Shown in pieces: positions 8,524 to 18,690 of a stretch of DNA of 64,000 nucleotides. How positions within the stretch are numbered: position 1 is the stretch's first letter; the number at the start of each line of letters is the position of its first letter. The notes below the pieces were generated by a model. The model was not told the origin of the DNA, ran no database searches, and was given only the letters and a program-made list of their open reading frames with translations. Source of the stretch: Candidatus Saccharimonadia bacterium. Lineage in GTDB: Bacteria > Patescibacteriota > Saccharimonadia > UBA4664 > JBBRNT01. Location: positions 37,341 through 101,340 of the forward strand of contig JBBRNT010000002.1 of the NCBI GenBank assembly GCA_038230095.1. The letters run 5' to 3'. A program made the position numbers and the translations under genes.

Positions 8524-9261
8524 CTAGAGAAGTGGGAGCAGGTGAGTGGCGATGGTGGGGATGAGTAGAGTGCGCGCGTCTTTGAGAGGGAGCAGTCGCA
8601 CCACGGCCTCGCCAATAATGTAGGACGAGGAGAGATAACCCCACTCGCGGGAGTCGAAGGAGCCGCTTGGCTGGCGGTTATCACCAATCACAAAGACATT
8701 GCCAGCGGGTACGGTGTCATCAAAGCTACCCAGGGTGGTGTCGGCGCCCAGCTTAATGCCGGCGGCAGGGTCGTAGCCAGCTGGGTTCTGAGCGTTGAAG
8801 ATGGTAACTTTGCCATCTTTCACGACTACGTGGTCGCCGGGGACGCCAATGACGCGCTTAACAAACACGAGGCTGGGGTCCTTGGGGTAGTGGAAGACAA
8901 TGATCTCGCCATGCTTGGGGATATAGACCGTCTGCCGCCCAATTAGCTTACCCAGCTTGGCACCGGTTGCTCCGAGCTTGCTAATAATAAGGTAGTCGGC
9001 ATCTTGGAGTGTGGGGGTCATGCTCAGGCCCACAACGTGGAAGGCCTGAAACACAAAATTGTGCAGTATGAAGACAATCGCAACTGGTACTATGACCCAA
9101 TTGAAGATGCCTGCGAGTACAGCTAACACACCTGCAACTACGGCGTTTTTCTGGGGCTCGGCGGCTGGCTCGGCGATTGCTGGCTCTGGAAATACAGAAA
9201 CTGGACTAGCAGCTGGTGTGGGCGGCGTAGGAGGGGTGGTTGGGGGTAGTTCTGGGTTCAT
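8524..9261 (-). CDS. lepB: Signal peptidase I with a Pro-rich N-terminal extension
   Basis: GLSMTPTL (SM-P-T box) and the KRVIGVPGD box. TM anchor preceded by a PPTTPPTPPTP stretch. Confidence 0.85.
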   Translation of the reverse strand: MNPELPPTTPPTPPTPAASPVSVFPEPAIAEPAAEPQKNAVVAGVLAVLAGIFNWVIVPVAIVFILHNFVFQAFHVVGLSMTPTLQDADYLIISKLGATGAKLGKLIGRQTVYIPKHGEIIVFHYPKDPSLVFVKRVIGVPGDHVVVKDGKVTIFNAQNPAGYDPAAGIKLGADTTLGSFDDTVPAGNVFVIGDNRQPSGSFDSREWGYLSSSYIIGEAVVRLLPLKDARTLLIPTIATHLLPLL

Positions 9262-9339
9262 CTAGGGTAGTATACCCGTTTGGTAGGCTGGCATACAAGA
9301 GCCTACTATTTACCCCAAGTAGGACAAGCGCTATACTGT

Positions 9340-10827
9340 ATGACAATGACTACGTTAGGGTCCGATCAGTCTGGTGACGTTTCTGGTACGCCAAGCCGCC
9401 GGCTTGACGGCCCGACGCGCCAGGTGAAACGAAATATCTTTCCGGTACCCGCGCCCGTGCTGGAAGCACCGCCTGCGAAGCCAATCGAGGCCCCGTTTGC
9501 ATACAAGAAACCAAAGCCACCGCGGCGCTGGAAGCGCGCTATTATTGTCACCATTCTGGCGCTCGTCCTCGGTGTTGGCGGGTACTTTGGGATGAAGCTC
9601 TTTTTGGCCGCGCGGAGTATTATTAGCCGCAACACTACCGGCGGCGCACCAGCGCTGGCCGGTACGGTAGACCCAACCAAGCTGAAGGGCGAGGGGGACG
9701 GGCGCATCAATATTCTACTACTAGGCATTGGCGGACCAGGGCACGACGGGCCATTCTTGTCGGATACTATTATTGTAGCCAGTATTGATCCGACAACTAA
9801 GGAAATTGCCATGCTGAGTCTGCCACGCGACATGTGGATACCCATACCCGGATATGGCTCTTCAAAGATTAACTCGGCCTGTGCCTACGGGGAGAGCGAG
9901 AACTACCCGGGCGGGTGCGGCGCGCTGGCTAAGCTAGCCATCTCGAAGCTGCTGGACTTGCCTATCCACTACTATATACGGGCAGACTTCGACGCCTTTA
10001 AGCAAGCTGTGGACTCGGTTGGGGGGATTAATCTCACCGTGGCGCATGCCCTGTATGACCCCGAGTACCCGTGCGATAAGAACCAGGGGTTAGCCTGTGG
10101 CTATAGCCAGAAGGCCGGTGCGACTCACATGAATGGCATAACTGCGCTTAAGTATGCGAGGTGCCGGAAGGGTAACTGCGACAATGACTTCGGCCGAGCT
10201 GGTCGTCAGCAGCAAGTGCTACTGGCTCTCCGTCAGCAAGCGCTGTCGCTAGACACACTAACTAACCCGGCCAAGATCTCTGGTTTGATAGACTCGGTGG
10301 GCGATCATGTGAAGACAGACATGCAGCTGTTCGAGATAGAGAGACTAGCAAAGATTGTGAAGGATATTGATGCTTCCAAGGTCATTAGCAAGGTACTAGA
10401 TACCTCCCCAGATGGCTTATTGGTAGACTACTCTGCCGATAGCCGCGGCTACATTGAGCTTCCTAAGAGTGGTAACTTTAGTGATATTCAGGAGTTTGCG
10501 CACTCCATATTTGTAGATAGCTACCTGAAGAACGAGGCGGCGAACATTGACGTACAGAATGGCACCCAGAAGAATGGCTTGGCAACTACTGTAGGCAAGA
10601 TGCTGAAAGCTTACGGATATAACATAACCAGTATGACAACCGCAGCCGACCAGAATACCGCCACGACAGTACTCTATGATTACACTGGCGGCAAAAAGCC
10701 GTATACTATCAAGTACTTGGAGTCGAGGCTGAATGTGAAAGTGAAAACTGCGACGCCGGTAAGCGGCGATCCAGATATTCGGATTATTCTAGGCAATGAC
10801 TATAAGCTGCCTTCGACCACCAACTAA
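9340..10827 (+). CDS. LytR-CpsA-Psr (LCP) family cell-wall polymer transferase
   Basis: N-terminal TM anchor, LCP core (INILLLGIGG...DTIIVASID...LSLPRDMW) and a C-terminal LytR_C-like domain. The ORF table starts at a TTG (9280); the ATG at 9340 or 9346 is more plausible. Confidence 0.8.
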   Translation: MTMTTLGSDQSGDVSGTPSRRLDGPTRQVKRNIFPVPAPVLEAPPAKPIEAPFAYKKPKPPRRWKRAIIVTILALVLGVGGYFGMKLFLAARSIISRNTTGGAPALAGTVDPTKLKGEGDGRINILLLGIGGPGHDGPFLSDTIIVASIDPTTKEIAMLSLPRDMWIPIPGYGSSKINSACAYGESENYPGGCGALAKLAISKLLDLPIHYYIRADFDAFKQAVDSVGGINLTVAHALYDPEYPCDKNQGLACGYSQKAGATHMNGITALKYARCRKGNCDNDFGRAGRQQQVLLALRQQALSLDTLTNPAKISGLIDSVGDHVKTDMQLFEIERLAKIVKDIDASKVISKVLDTSPDGLLVDYSADSRGYIELPKSGNFSDIQEFAHSIFVDSYLKNEAANIDVQNGTQKNGLATTVGKMLKAYGYNITSMTTAADQNTATTVLYDYTGGKKPYTIKYLESRLNVKVKTATPVSGDPDIRIILGNDYKLPSTTN

Positions 10828-10833
10828 TTACCC

Positions 10834-11577
10834 ATGAAACAATTCTACAGACTAGAGTTTGCTGTCTCGCTAGGCGTTAGCCTGGTTATCCTTATACTCT
10901 GCCGTTACATTGGCGTGACCGTGGCACTACTGTTTGTGGCGCTGCGTGAGGGCGCTTCCTGGTACGGCTCTGACCGCTTGCTCAAAACGCTCCGTAGCAC
11001 TTCAGCGCGCGCAATTGCAGAGTTCTCGGCTGTCCTACTCATTGGGCAGAGTATACGCGCGCCACAACAGATACTCTTGGCCCTAGGGCTCGGGCTGTGG
11101 CTGATCTGGCTCGAGTTAGCCCCGAAAGGGACAACTGCAGCACTTATCACCGCCGGCGTAAGCCAGGCTGGCATAACCATGGCGCTGTTTCTTACCAGCT
11201 CGCTACCCGGCTGGCACTGGTCCAACTGGCTGGTACTGGGCTTTCTGTGGCCTGCGAGCTGGCTTATTGCCTGGCGCCTCCTAGATACCCTTGATGAGCG
11301 TCTAGCACCGGTACTATCCGCCGCCTGGGCACTGGCAGCAGTAGAGATTAGCTGGGTGCTGCTACTCTGGCAGGTATCATATGGACTGCCCGGTGGCTTT
11401 ATCCTGATCCCGCAGGCTACAGTGATCCTGCTGAGCCTGGGCTACTGCTTTCTCAGCATTTACCTAGCCCATCGACGAGCGCAATTGTCTCGGGCCCGGC
11501 TGGCCGAGTACGCCATAATAGGGCTTGGATTGCTGCTGCTAGTACTGGCTGGAACGCGCTGGAACGGTTCCGTTTAA
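10834..11577 (+). CDS. Hypothetical polytopic membrane protein
   Basis: Six to seven hydrophobic helices. No recognisable motif. Confidence 0.5.
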   Translation: MKQFYRLEFAVSLGVSLVILILCRYIGVTVALLFVALREGASWYGSDRLLKTLRSTSARAIAEFSAVLLIGQSIRAPQQILLALGLGLWLIWLELAPKGTTAALITAGVSQAGITMALFLTSSLPGWHWSNWLVLGFLWPASWLIAWRLLDTLDERLAPVLSAAWALAAVEISWVLLLWQVSYGLPGGFILIPQATVILLSLGYCFLSIYLAHRRAQLSRARLAEYAIIGLGLLLLVLAGTRWNGSV

Positions 11578-11625
11578 GCTTACTTTCAGCTAACGCTGCC
11601 ACCATTACATATACAAGGAGGGCTT

Positions 11626-12828
11626 ATGCCAAATACTACATCTCAACCAGAAAAATCATCTGACGAACCTGGGCAACCAGATCATGGCCCAGGCTCTGCG
11701 CTGCCCTGGGAGCTGCCAAGCGCTGCCGAGATAGGGAAGAATATGGTGGTTTGGTCATTGGTGGCCGGGCTTATCGGTGGAGTATTGGGTGGCTGGTTTA
11801 TACTGCGGTACGGTAAGTCGACGCTGGTGAAGAACGTAGGCAGCAGTCAAATTCTGGTTCAGGAACAATCGGCCGTGATTGATGTGGCTAAGAAGGTGAG
11901 TCCTAGTGTAGTGAGTATTACCTCGTCGAGTGTAACGACGAACTTCTTCGGCATAGGCCAAACCCAGCAGGGGTCTGGCACGGGCATTATTGTGACGAGT
12001 GATGGCCTGATCGTCACCAACAAGCACGTGGTGCCAGATGGTACGTCGGAGGTCACTGTAGTAACCACTGACGGCAAAGAGTACAAGAACGCCAAAGTGG
12101 TGGCGCGTGACACTACCAACGACCTAGCCTTTGTGCAGGTGGATGCCAAGGGGCTGACGGCTGCCGATCTGGGCGACTCTAGCGCGGTAGTAGTAGGCCA
12201 GCAGGTGGTGGCGATTGGCAATGCGCTGGGGCAGTTCCAGAACACCGTGACGACGGGCATTATCTCCGGGCTAGGCCGCCCTATCACTGCAAGTGATGGC
12301 TCGGCCGGCGGCGAAAGCCTCTCGAACCTACTACAGACAGATGCCGCTATTAATCCTGGTAACTCGGGTGGCCCGCTAGTTAACCTAGCCGGACAGGTCA
12401 TTGGCATTAATACAGCCGTAGCCGGCGAGGCGCAGAACATTGGCTTTGCCATACCTATTAACGAAGTGAAGTCCCTGATTACCAGCGTCTCAGCTACGGG
12501 CAGGATTAGCCGGCCATACCTGGGTGTACGCTATGTCCAGATTACTGCCGACTTCGCTACCCGCAACAATTTGAAGGTGAACGATGGGGCTTATATAATT
12601 GGTGACCAGAACAATCTAGCGGTGCTACCAGGTAGTCCAGCTGCCAAAGTGGGGATACAGTCCGGTGACATTATTACCAAGATTGATGGTAAAACCATTG
12701 ATAAGAACAACTCACTGCAGAGCCTAGTGGCGGACAAGAAGCCGGGCGATAAGGTAGATCTCGAGCTACTGCGCGGCAATGATACAAAGAAGCTATCAGT
12801 AACGCTCGATGAGGCACCCGCTCACTAG
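11626..12828 (+). CDS. htrA: HtrA/DegP-family serine protease with a PDZ domain
   Basis: Trypsin-like catalytic motifs (HV..DG, GNSGGPL), a C-terminal PDZ domain and an N-terminal TM segment. Confidence 0.85.
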   Translation: MPNTTSQPEKSSDEPGQPDHGPGSALPWELPSAAEIGKNMVVWSLVAGLIGGVLGGWFILRYGKSTLVKNVGSSQILVQEQSAVIDVAKKVSPSVVSITSSSVTTNFFGIGQTQQGSGTGIIVTSDGLIVTNKHVVPDGTSEVTVVTTDGKEYKNAKVVARDTTNDLAFVQVDAKGLTAADLGDSSAVVVGQQVVAIGNALGQFQNTVTTGIISGLGRPITASDGSAGGESLSNLLQTDAAINPGNSGGPLVNLAGQVIGINTAVAGEAQNIGFAIPINEVKSLITSVSATGRISRPYLGVRYVQITADFATRNNLKVNDGAYIIGDQNNLAVLPGSPAAKVGIQSGDIITKIDGKTIDKNNSLQSLVADKKPGDKVDLELLRGNDTKKLSVTLDEAPAH

Positions 12829-12839
12829 TGCCTGGTGCT

Positions 12840-13211
12840 CTATTGCTCGAAGTGTAGCAGCTGTCCAAGGAGTTCCTGGGCGGCTGCTTCGTCTACCGGG
12901 AAAATGCGGCGTCCGTAAGCCTCTACCAGCTGGTACTGGTCGGTAATAAGATAGTGTCGGGCTTGCTCTTCACGGAAGCTTAGCTCGACGAGCCACTGGT
13001 AGGGAGGGCGGGCCTCGGCGTTGGTAAGATTAATTTCCGCCTCTGCATCCTGGTAGCGGTAAGTACAGCGCTGCATGACGCGAGTGTCATCATCTAGTTC
13101 GTCATCACCGGTGTCGCTTGCCACGAGCTGGCGGGTGGTATGGGCGCGGGCAACCAGCTTCTGCGACAGGTCGAGCAGCTTATGAACGGTTTGGCGATTG
13201 GTCATATACAA
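12840..13211 (-). CDS. Hypothetical protein (123 aa), last gene of the rpmE-prfA-prmC operon
   Basis: ORF overlapping the prmC 3' end by 32 nt. Acidic, with no recognisable motif. Confidence 0.4.
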   Translation of the reverse strand: MYMTNRQTVHKLLDLSQKLVARAHTTRQLVASDTGDDELDDDTRVMQRCTYRYQDAEAEINLTNAEARPPYQWLVELSFREEQARHYLITDQYQLVEAYGRRIFPVDEAAAQELLGQLLHFEQ

Positions 13212-14004
13212 ATCCTAATATGAAATAGTCTTGTTCGATAGGAGATAATCCAATTTCGTCAGCTGCAGCGATCAGATCGGCTTGTTGCCAGGGGTCGCAT
13301 TCGGTGAAGAGAAACCCTCCGGGTGCTAGGTGCGCCGGGAGCTGGGTAAGGAAACGCCGGTATAATTCAAGGCCATCGCCATCGCCACCAAACAGCGCTA
13401 CCGCTGGCTCGCGGCGGACTTCGGGCATGAGATCGGCCGAAGTGGTGAGGTAGGGGAGGTTGGTTACAACGGTTTGAAACACGCCCTCTATGGATTTAAA
13501 TAGATCTGATTGAACAAATTTGGTGTTCAACCCAAGCTGGAGTGCATTACGCGCTGCTACGGCTAATGCTGTCGCTGAAACCTCGGTGGCGGTAATGGCT
13601 AGATCGGGTCGGTGCCGAGCCAGCGCGAGTGCTATGGCGCCGGAGCCTGTGCCAATGTCTATGAGGGCCGAGTTCTTAGGCGCGTGCTTCAGTGCAAAGT
13701 CCACCATGCGTTCGGTTTCGACCCTGGGAGTTAGCACCTGATCGTCAATGTAGAAGTTCATACCGTAGAACTCGCGCTGGTGGGTAAGGTGCACCAGGGG
13801 TATACGCTGGGCCCGCTTGGTCAGCAGGGCTTGAAAGGCTCGAGCCTCATCAGATGTGAGCGGATACTCTGGGTGGGCCAGGGCATAGGCGCGTGGCTTT
13901 CCTAGGACGTGGGCTAGTAGCAGTTCAGTGTCTAGGCGGGCGCTGCCAATACCAATAGCGCTGAGAGCGGTTTCTGCCTGGTTGAGCGTGTCTCTTACCG
14001 TCAT
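13180..14004 (-). CDS. prmC: Release-factor glutamine methyltransferase
   Basis: SAM motif [14 protein letters not shown]-type motif (TNLPY), overlaps the prfA stop. Confidence 0.85.
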   Translation of the reverse strand: MTVRDTLNQAETALSAIGIGSARLDTELLLAHVLGKPRAYALAHPEYPLTSDEARAFQALLTKRAQRIPLVHLTHQREFYGMNFYIDDQVLTPRVETERMVDFALKHAPKNSALIDIGTGSGAIALALARHRPDLAITATEVSATALAVAARNALQLGLNTKFVQSDLFKSIEGVFQTVVTNLPYLTTSADLMPEVRREPAVALFGGDGDGLELYRRFLTQLPAHLAPGGFLFTECDPWQQADLIAAADEIGLSPIEQDYFILGFVYDQSPNRS

Positions 14005-15095
14005 GAGACCTGGCCGGCGTCGGCCAGAGCGAGGCGGAGGTCTTCGTCTTTCAGTGCTTCGAGCAGGTCGCCAATGTCGCCGGTCATGAAACCGGGCAGG
14101 TTGTGCTGGCTACGGCCAATGCGGTGGTCGGTGACGCGGTCTTGGGGGAAGTTGTAAGTACGGATTTTCTCGGAGCGGTCACCGGAGCCAATCTGCTGGC
14201 GGCGGGCTGAGTCGGTCCTGGTGCGTTCTTCCTCTTGTTTCATGGCAAGCAGACGCGAGCGGAGCACGCCCATGGCTTTGAGCTTATTCTTGAGCTGGCT
14301 TTTCTCGTCTTGGCAGGTGACCACTAAGCCGGAGGGTAGGTGGGTGATGCGGACCGCAGAGTCGGTAGTGTTTACCGACTGGCCGCCATTGCCCCCTGAA
14401 CGATAGACGTCTATGCGCAGATCGCTTTGGTTGATTTCTAGATCGGTCTCCTCGGCTTCGGGCAGGATAGCAACGGTGACAGTGGAGGTATGGATCCGGC
14501 CGCCCGACTCGGTGGAGGGAATGCGTTGGACGCGGTGGACACCCGATTCAAACTTGAGATCGCCATAGACGTCCGTTCCGTTGACACCAAAGATGGCTTC
14601 TTTATAGCCGCCCAGGTCTGAGGGGCTTTCGGAGATAAGCTCGACGCGCCAGCCGCGCACCTCGGCGTAGCGCAGGTACATGCGGAAGAGCTCGCCGGCA
14701 AAGAGACTAGCTTCATCGCCGCCCGCACCAGCACGGATCTCGACGATGGCGTTCTTGTGATCGTTCGGGTCCTTGGGGACTAGGGCGCGCTGGAGCTTGG
14801 CCTGGACGTCGGCTAGCTTCGCTTCGAGCTCGGGTACTTCGGCAACAGCAATCTCATGTAGCTCGGGGTCGTCGAGCGAGGCACGGGTGTCGGCCAGTGT
14901 GAGCTCGATACGGGCTTGCTGATCGTAGAGGTCGAGTAGTGGCTGGAGCTCGCTCTGGCGCTTGGCCAGCTTAATCATTTCCGGGGTACCAAACAGACTC
15001 GCGTCCTGCATTTTCTGCTGGAGCGAGGCGTGTTCGGCGCGGGCATTTTGTTCAGCTGGGCTCATGGTAGCTCCTTTGTGGGGCCGTGGTAACAA
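14001..15095 (-). CDS. prfA: Peptide chain release factor 1
   Basis: GGQ motif ([18 protein letters not shown]). The tripeptide anticodon is the RF1-type PxT, here P-S-T ([14 protein letters not shown]). Confidence 0.9.
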   Translation of the reverse strand: MLPRPHKGATMSPAEQNARAEHASLQQKMQDASLFGTPEMIKLAKRQSELQPLLDLYDQQARIELTLADTRASLDDPELHEIAVAEVPELEAKLADVQAKLQRALVPKDPNDHKNAIVEIRAGAGGDEASLFAGELFRMYLRYAEVRGWRVELISESPSDLGGYKEAIFGVNGTDVYGDLKFESGVHRVQRIPSTESGGRIHTSTVTVAILPEAEETDLEINQSDLRIDVYRSGGNGGQSVNTTDSAVRITHLPSGLVVTCQDEKSQLKNKLKAMGVLRSRLLAMKQEEERTRTDSARRQQIGSGDRSEKIRTYNFPQDRVTDHRIGRSQHNLPGFMTGDIGDLLEALKDEDLRLALADAGQVS

Positions 15096-15137
15096 AAAAC
15101 ACTGTCATCATTGTAACAGTGCTTTTTGGTTTGGTGC

Positions 15138-15500
15138 TTACTGCTCGGAGGAAGTAGCGACAGTTTCGGTGCTGATCTCTTCGGCAATTTCGGCAATAGC
15201 CTCTTCCTCGTTGGACTTGCGAGGCTTCTTGGTAGTAGCGGACTCGGCGCGCTTGGCGGCCTCGGCACGGCGAGCATTGAAGCGATCCACACGACCAGCG
15301 GTATCTACTAGCTTTTGCTTACCTGTGTAGATAGGGTGGCTGGCGCTCGAGAGCTCCATGGTAAATAGGGGATATTCCTGGCCGTCTTCCCACTTAATGC
15401 TCTGGTCGCTTGTAAGCGTAGAGCGGGTGAGGAAGGCGAAGTCTGAGGAGTTATCCTTAAAGACCACTTTGTGATAGTCGGGGTGGATGTTTTGCTTCAT
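15138..15500 (-). CDS. rpmE: 50S ribosomal protein L31 (long form with an acidic C-terminal tail)
   Basis: [14 protein letters not shown]... is canonical L31. The true start at 15500 is internal to the longer ORF in the table. Confidence 0.85.
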   Translation of the reverse strand: MKQNIHPDYHKVVFKDNSSDFAFLTRSTLTSDQSIKWEDGQEYPLFTMELSSASHPIYTGKQKLVDTAGRVDRFNARRAEAAKRAESATTKKPRKSNEEEAIAEIAEEISTETVATSSEQ

Positions 15501-15568
15501 AACCAGGAAAGTGTAATGGAAGTGCGGCTCTAGGTCAAGTCCTAAAAAGCGAGATGGGGAAGTAACTA

Positions 15569-15600
15569 TTGACAAAGTGCGCAAAAGTGGCAATAATATG
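15569..15600 (+). promoter_or_regulatory. Sigma70-like promoter of the first FHA gene
   Basis: TTGACA at 15569-15574, then an AT-rich -10 (AATAATAT) 17-19 nt downstream. This region also faces the divergent rpmE operon. Confidence 0.4.
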
Positions 15601-15633
15601 TCATCCCCACACCGTCTACCCTGGGAGTACCTG

Positions 15634-16077
15634 ATGAAGACCAGACAGTTGCCAACCGTCAAATCCAGCACACTGCGACTTAGCGTGGCAACACGCGAGT
15701 TCGACACCATGTCCCCGCATAGCATGGCGCCGGCGTACACGCCGACCCAGACCACCGAAGTGCGCAGAGAGAATATGACTGACATTTTGGTCCCTGACCA
15801 CATTGTAGCCATCCATATCGGGCGAGAGAGCCTGCCGGCGGGAGACTTGCCGGAAGGCTACCAGTGGATCATGCTTCGGAATCTCGCAGTCAGCCACTAC
15901 CATCTGGTGCTCGAGCGCAGCCACCAGGGCTGGACAGTGCGCGACGAAGGCTCAACCAATGGCAGCCGTTTGCAGGACTGTCCAATCGGCCGTGAGCCGA
16001 CGCTGCTTGGCTTTGACCGGTCCGGCCAGTGTGTCATCACCGTCGCCAATGTCCGCATCTTCGTTTCCTGCGGCTAG
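15634..16077 (+). CDS. FHA-domain protein with a Thr-rich N-terminal segment
   Basis: FHA signature (..[11 protein letters not shown]..), ~147 aa, preceded by GGGAG. N-terminal YTPTQTTEV. Confidence 0.7.
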   Translation: MKTRQLPTVKSSTLRLSVATREFDTMSPHSMAPAYTPTQTTEVRRENMTDILVPDHIVAIHIGRESLPAGDLPEGYQWIMLRNLAVSHYHLVLERSHQGWTVRDEGSTNGSRLQDCPIGREPTLLGFDRSGQCVITVANVRIFVSCG

Positions 16078-16090
16078 ACCGCCCGCCAAA

Positions 16091-16137
16091 GGCCCGCTTT
16101 CCTATTCTAGTTAATAGGGAAGCGGGCCGGTTTTTTT
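16091..16137 (+). terminator. Rho-independent terminator after the first FHA gene
   Basis: ggcccgcttccctatt...aatagggaagcgggcc long hairpin followed by TTTTTTT. Confidence 0.55.
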
Positions 16138-16204
16138 GACAAAACCGGCAGGTGGGTGAATATTGAAGTAGTCCTATTCCACAACCTTGGGAGTACCCAA
16201 AAAC

Positions 16205-16576
16205 ATGATCACTACCGCTACCACCCCTTTGCAGTTCTTCATTCCGGCCATCAAAGGTACGCGACATGTGAATACCACCGTCACCATCCCGGCAGGTATT
16301 TCGCGCATCCTCCTGGGTAGTGACTACCCTGACGTCGACGCAGCCGCGGGTGAGTTCCATGTCTATGTCGGAGGCGAAGGCGTCTGCCCCAGTCATGCTC
16401 AGCTCGTCTACGACGGTGGTGTCTGGACCATCGATGACCAGGGGAGCACCACGGGTACCAAGATGGCAGGTGAGGTAGTCACTCGTCCGATGCCCCTGCT
16501 GTTCAACCCCGAAAACACCTGCCCGATCCGCCTGGGCCGTCGCTTCATCCACATCAAGCGTTTGGCTGCCGAATAG
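16205..16576 (+). CDS. FHA-domain protein (paralogue)
   Basis: FHA signature (IDDQGSTTGTKMAG), ~123 aa. It has its own TTGACA promoter at 16132 and a hairpin at 16590-16627. Confidence 0.7.
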   Translation: MITTATTPLQFFIPAIKGTRHVNTTVTIPAGISRILLGSDYPDVDAAAGEFHVYVGGEGVCPSHAQLVYDGGVWTIDDQGSTTGTKMAGEVVTRPMPLLFNPENTCPIRLGRRFIHIKRLAAE

Positions 16577-16778
16577 GCGCCGATCGCTTGTTCATGACCG
16601 CTTTGCTACCTTCGGGTGGTAGAGCGGTCATTTACCTTGTAGACATGATTGCCAAGAAGGGCCAGATCTGATATAGTCACTTGGTTATATTTAAACGAAA
16701 CAACGCACCATTCATCCTGTTTTGCTCATGGGCTACCCAAAAGCAAGACGAGGTGCGCGAAGGAAAGGATTTACTACT

Positions 16779-17513
16779 ATGGCAGATATTGCCATCAAAG
16801 ATTTACTAGAAGCTGGGGCGCACTTTGGCCACCAGACCCGTCGCTGGAACCCTAAGATGGGCCGGTATATATTCGGCGCCCGCGGCGGAGTGCACATTAT
16901 TGACCTGACTAAGACTGCGGATGCGCTGGAGTCGGCTTTGAAGTTTGTGGAGAAATCCGCTGCACAGGGCGGCAAGGTACTGTTTGTCGGCACTAAGCGC
17001 CAAGGCAAGATGCTGATTAAGGCCGCTGCGCTGTCGGCGGATCAGCCGTACGTAACCGAGCGTTGGCTAGGGGGTATGCTTACCAACCATCGGACAATCC
17101 AGACTCAGGTCAACCGACTCAAGAAGCTGGAAGCCCAGCTCGAGAGCGGCGAGATTGCCTCACGCTACAACAAGAAGGAAACCGCCGATCTGACAGCTGA
17201 GTCCGAGAAGCTGAACCATATTTTTGGTGGCATTAAGCACCTGGATGGTCTACCGGCTGTCATGTTTGTGGTAGATGTACCGCGCGAGATGATTGCTATT
17301 TCCGAGGCTCGCAAGCTGGGCATACCAGTCGTAGCGATCACTGACACCAATGCCGATCCAGACCTGATTGACTACGTGATCCCAGCTAATGATGATGCTA
17401 TTAAGACGATCAAGATTGTGGCCGACGCTATTGCCGCTGCCGCCCGCGAGGGTGCTGCCAAGGCTAAGGCGAGCGCCAGTACTAACGACGAGGAGACTAC
17501 CAATGCCAATTAG
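16779..17513 (+). CDS. rpsB: 30S ribosomal protein S2
   Basis: MADIAIKDLLEAGAHFGHQTRRWNPKM is canonical S2. SD AGGAAAGGA upstream; promoter TTGCCA-N18-TATAGT at 16649-16678. Confidence 0.9.
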   Translation: MADIAIKDLLEAGAHFGHQTRRWNPKMGRYIFGARGGVHIIDLTKTADALESALKFVEKSAAQGGKVLFVGTKRQGKMLIKAAALSADQPYVTERWLGGMLTNHRTIQTQVNRLKKLEAQLESGEIASRYNKKETADLTAESEKLNHIFGGIKHLDGLPAVMFVVDVPREMIAISEARKLGIPVVAITDTNADPDLIDYVIPANDDAIKTIKIVADAIAAAAREGAAKAKASASTNDEETTNAN

Positions 17514-18099
17514 CGCAACTGATGTAAAGAACCTGCGTGACCAGACCGGTGCAGGTATGATGGACGCAAAGAACGCTCTGGTGGAGGCCGACGGCAACAC
17601 CGAGAAGGCTATAGAGCTGCTTCGTAAGAAGGGTATGGCAAGCGCTGCTAAGCGAGCAGACCGCGACGCCCGAGCTGGCGTGATTGCTGAGTACGTTCAC
17701 GGCGGTCGGATTGGCGTACTGGTAGAGATTAACTGCGAGACGGACTTCGTAGCGCTGACTGAGGACTTCAAGGCCTTTGCCCATGATGTGGCTATGCATA
17801 TTGCTGCTGCCAACCCAGAGTACCTCAACCCCGAGTCTGTGCCAGCCAACCTGGTAGAGAAAGAGCGCGAGCTATTTCTGGCGGAAATTGAAGGCCAGAA
17901 CAAGCCAGCCGAAATTGTGGATAAAATTGTCAGCGGCAAGCTTGAGAAGTATTATGAAACTATCTGCCTGACCAAGCAGGCGTTCGTGAAGGACCCTGAT
18001 AAGACGATTGAAGCACTTACTACCGATATTATCGCCAAAGTTGGTGAGAATATTGTCATCCGACGCTACTCAAGAATGGAATTGGGCAGCTCGAACTAG
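17503..18099 (+). CDS. tsf: Elongation factor Ts (short form)
   Basis: N-terminal UBA-like motif (ISATDVKNLRDQTGAGMMDAKNALVEADGN). Overlaps the rpsB end by 11 nt. Confidence 0.85.
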   Translation: MPISATDVKNLRDQTGAGMMDAKNALVEADGNTEKAIELLRKKGMASAAKRADRDARAGVIAEYVHGGRIGVLVEINCETDFVALTEDFKAFAHDVAMHIAAANPEYLNPESVPANLVEKERELFLAEIEGQNKPAEIVDKIVSGKLEKYYETICLTKQAFVKDPDKTIEALTTDIIAKVGENIVIRRYSRMELGSSN

Positions 18100-18106
18100 G
18101 AGGGAT

Positions 18107-18667
18107 ATGGTACGAGGAATTGTAGCCGGCGTCGATCCGAAAATGACTAAGGCAATTGACCACTTAGAGACGGATCTGGGGAGTCTGCGGACTGGCCGGG
18201 CTACCACTGCGCTTGTAGAGACGGTTATGGTAGAGCAATATGGTCAATTGGCACCGCTGCGTAATGTGGCGTCACTATCTACGCCCGATGCGCGGACTAT
18301 TGCTATTACTCCCTGGGACAAGGCACTACTCCAGACAATTGAGAAAGCTATCCGCGAAACCCAGTCGCTGGGTCTAACGCCCAACAATGACGGTAGCGTC
18401 ATCCGGCTCAATATTCCGACCATGACCGAAGAGCGCCGCCGCGAGATAGTGAAGCAGCTCGGCGAGAAGGTAGAGCAGTGTCGAGTGACCTTGCGTAATG
18501 TTCGCCACGAGGCGCTTTCAGAGATAAAAAAGCTGGAACAGAGTAAGCAAGCCACTCAGGATGATCTGAAGTGGGCGGAAACGGAACTCAATAAGAAGAT
18601 TGAGGCCGCTCAGGTCAAGATTGAGGCTATATCCGGCGCCAAACAGAAGGAGATAATGGAAGTCTAG
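18107..18667 (+). CDS. frr: Ribosome recycling factor
   Basis: ~186 aa with RRF-like sequence throughout. SD AGGAGGGA upstream. It directly follows tsf; no pyrH lies between them. Confidence 0.85.
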   Translation: MVRGIVAGVDPKMTKAIDHLETDLGSLRTGRATTALVETVMVEQYGQLAPLRNVASLSTPDARTIAITPWDKALLQTIEKAIRETQSLGLTPNNDGSVIRLNIPTMTEERRREIVKQLGEKVEQCRVTLRNVRHEALSEIKKLEQSKQATQDDLKWAETELNKKIEAAQVKIEAISGAKQKEIMEV

Positions 18668-18690
18668 TGCCCTAGGCCAGACTTTTAACC

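Noticed and set aside
9280-9339. Upstream TTG start for the LCP gene given in the ORF table
   Set aside because: It would leave only 18 nt to the divergent lepB start. The ATG at 9340 or 9346, preceding the basic and TM anchor region, is more plausible.
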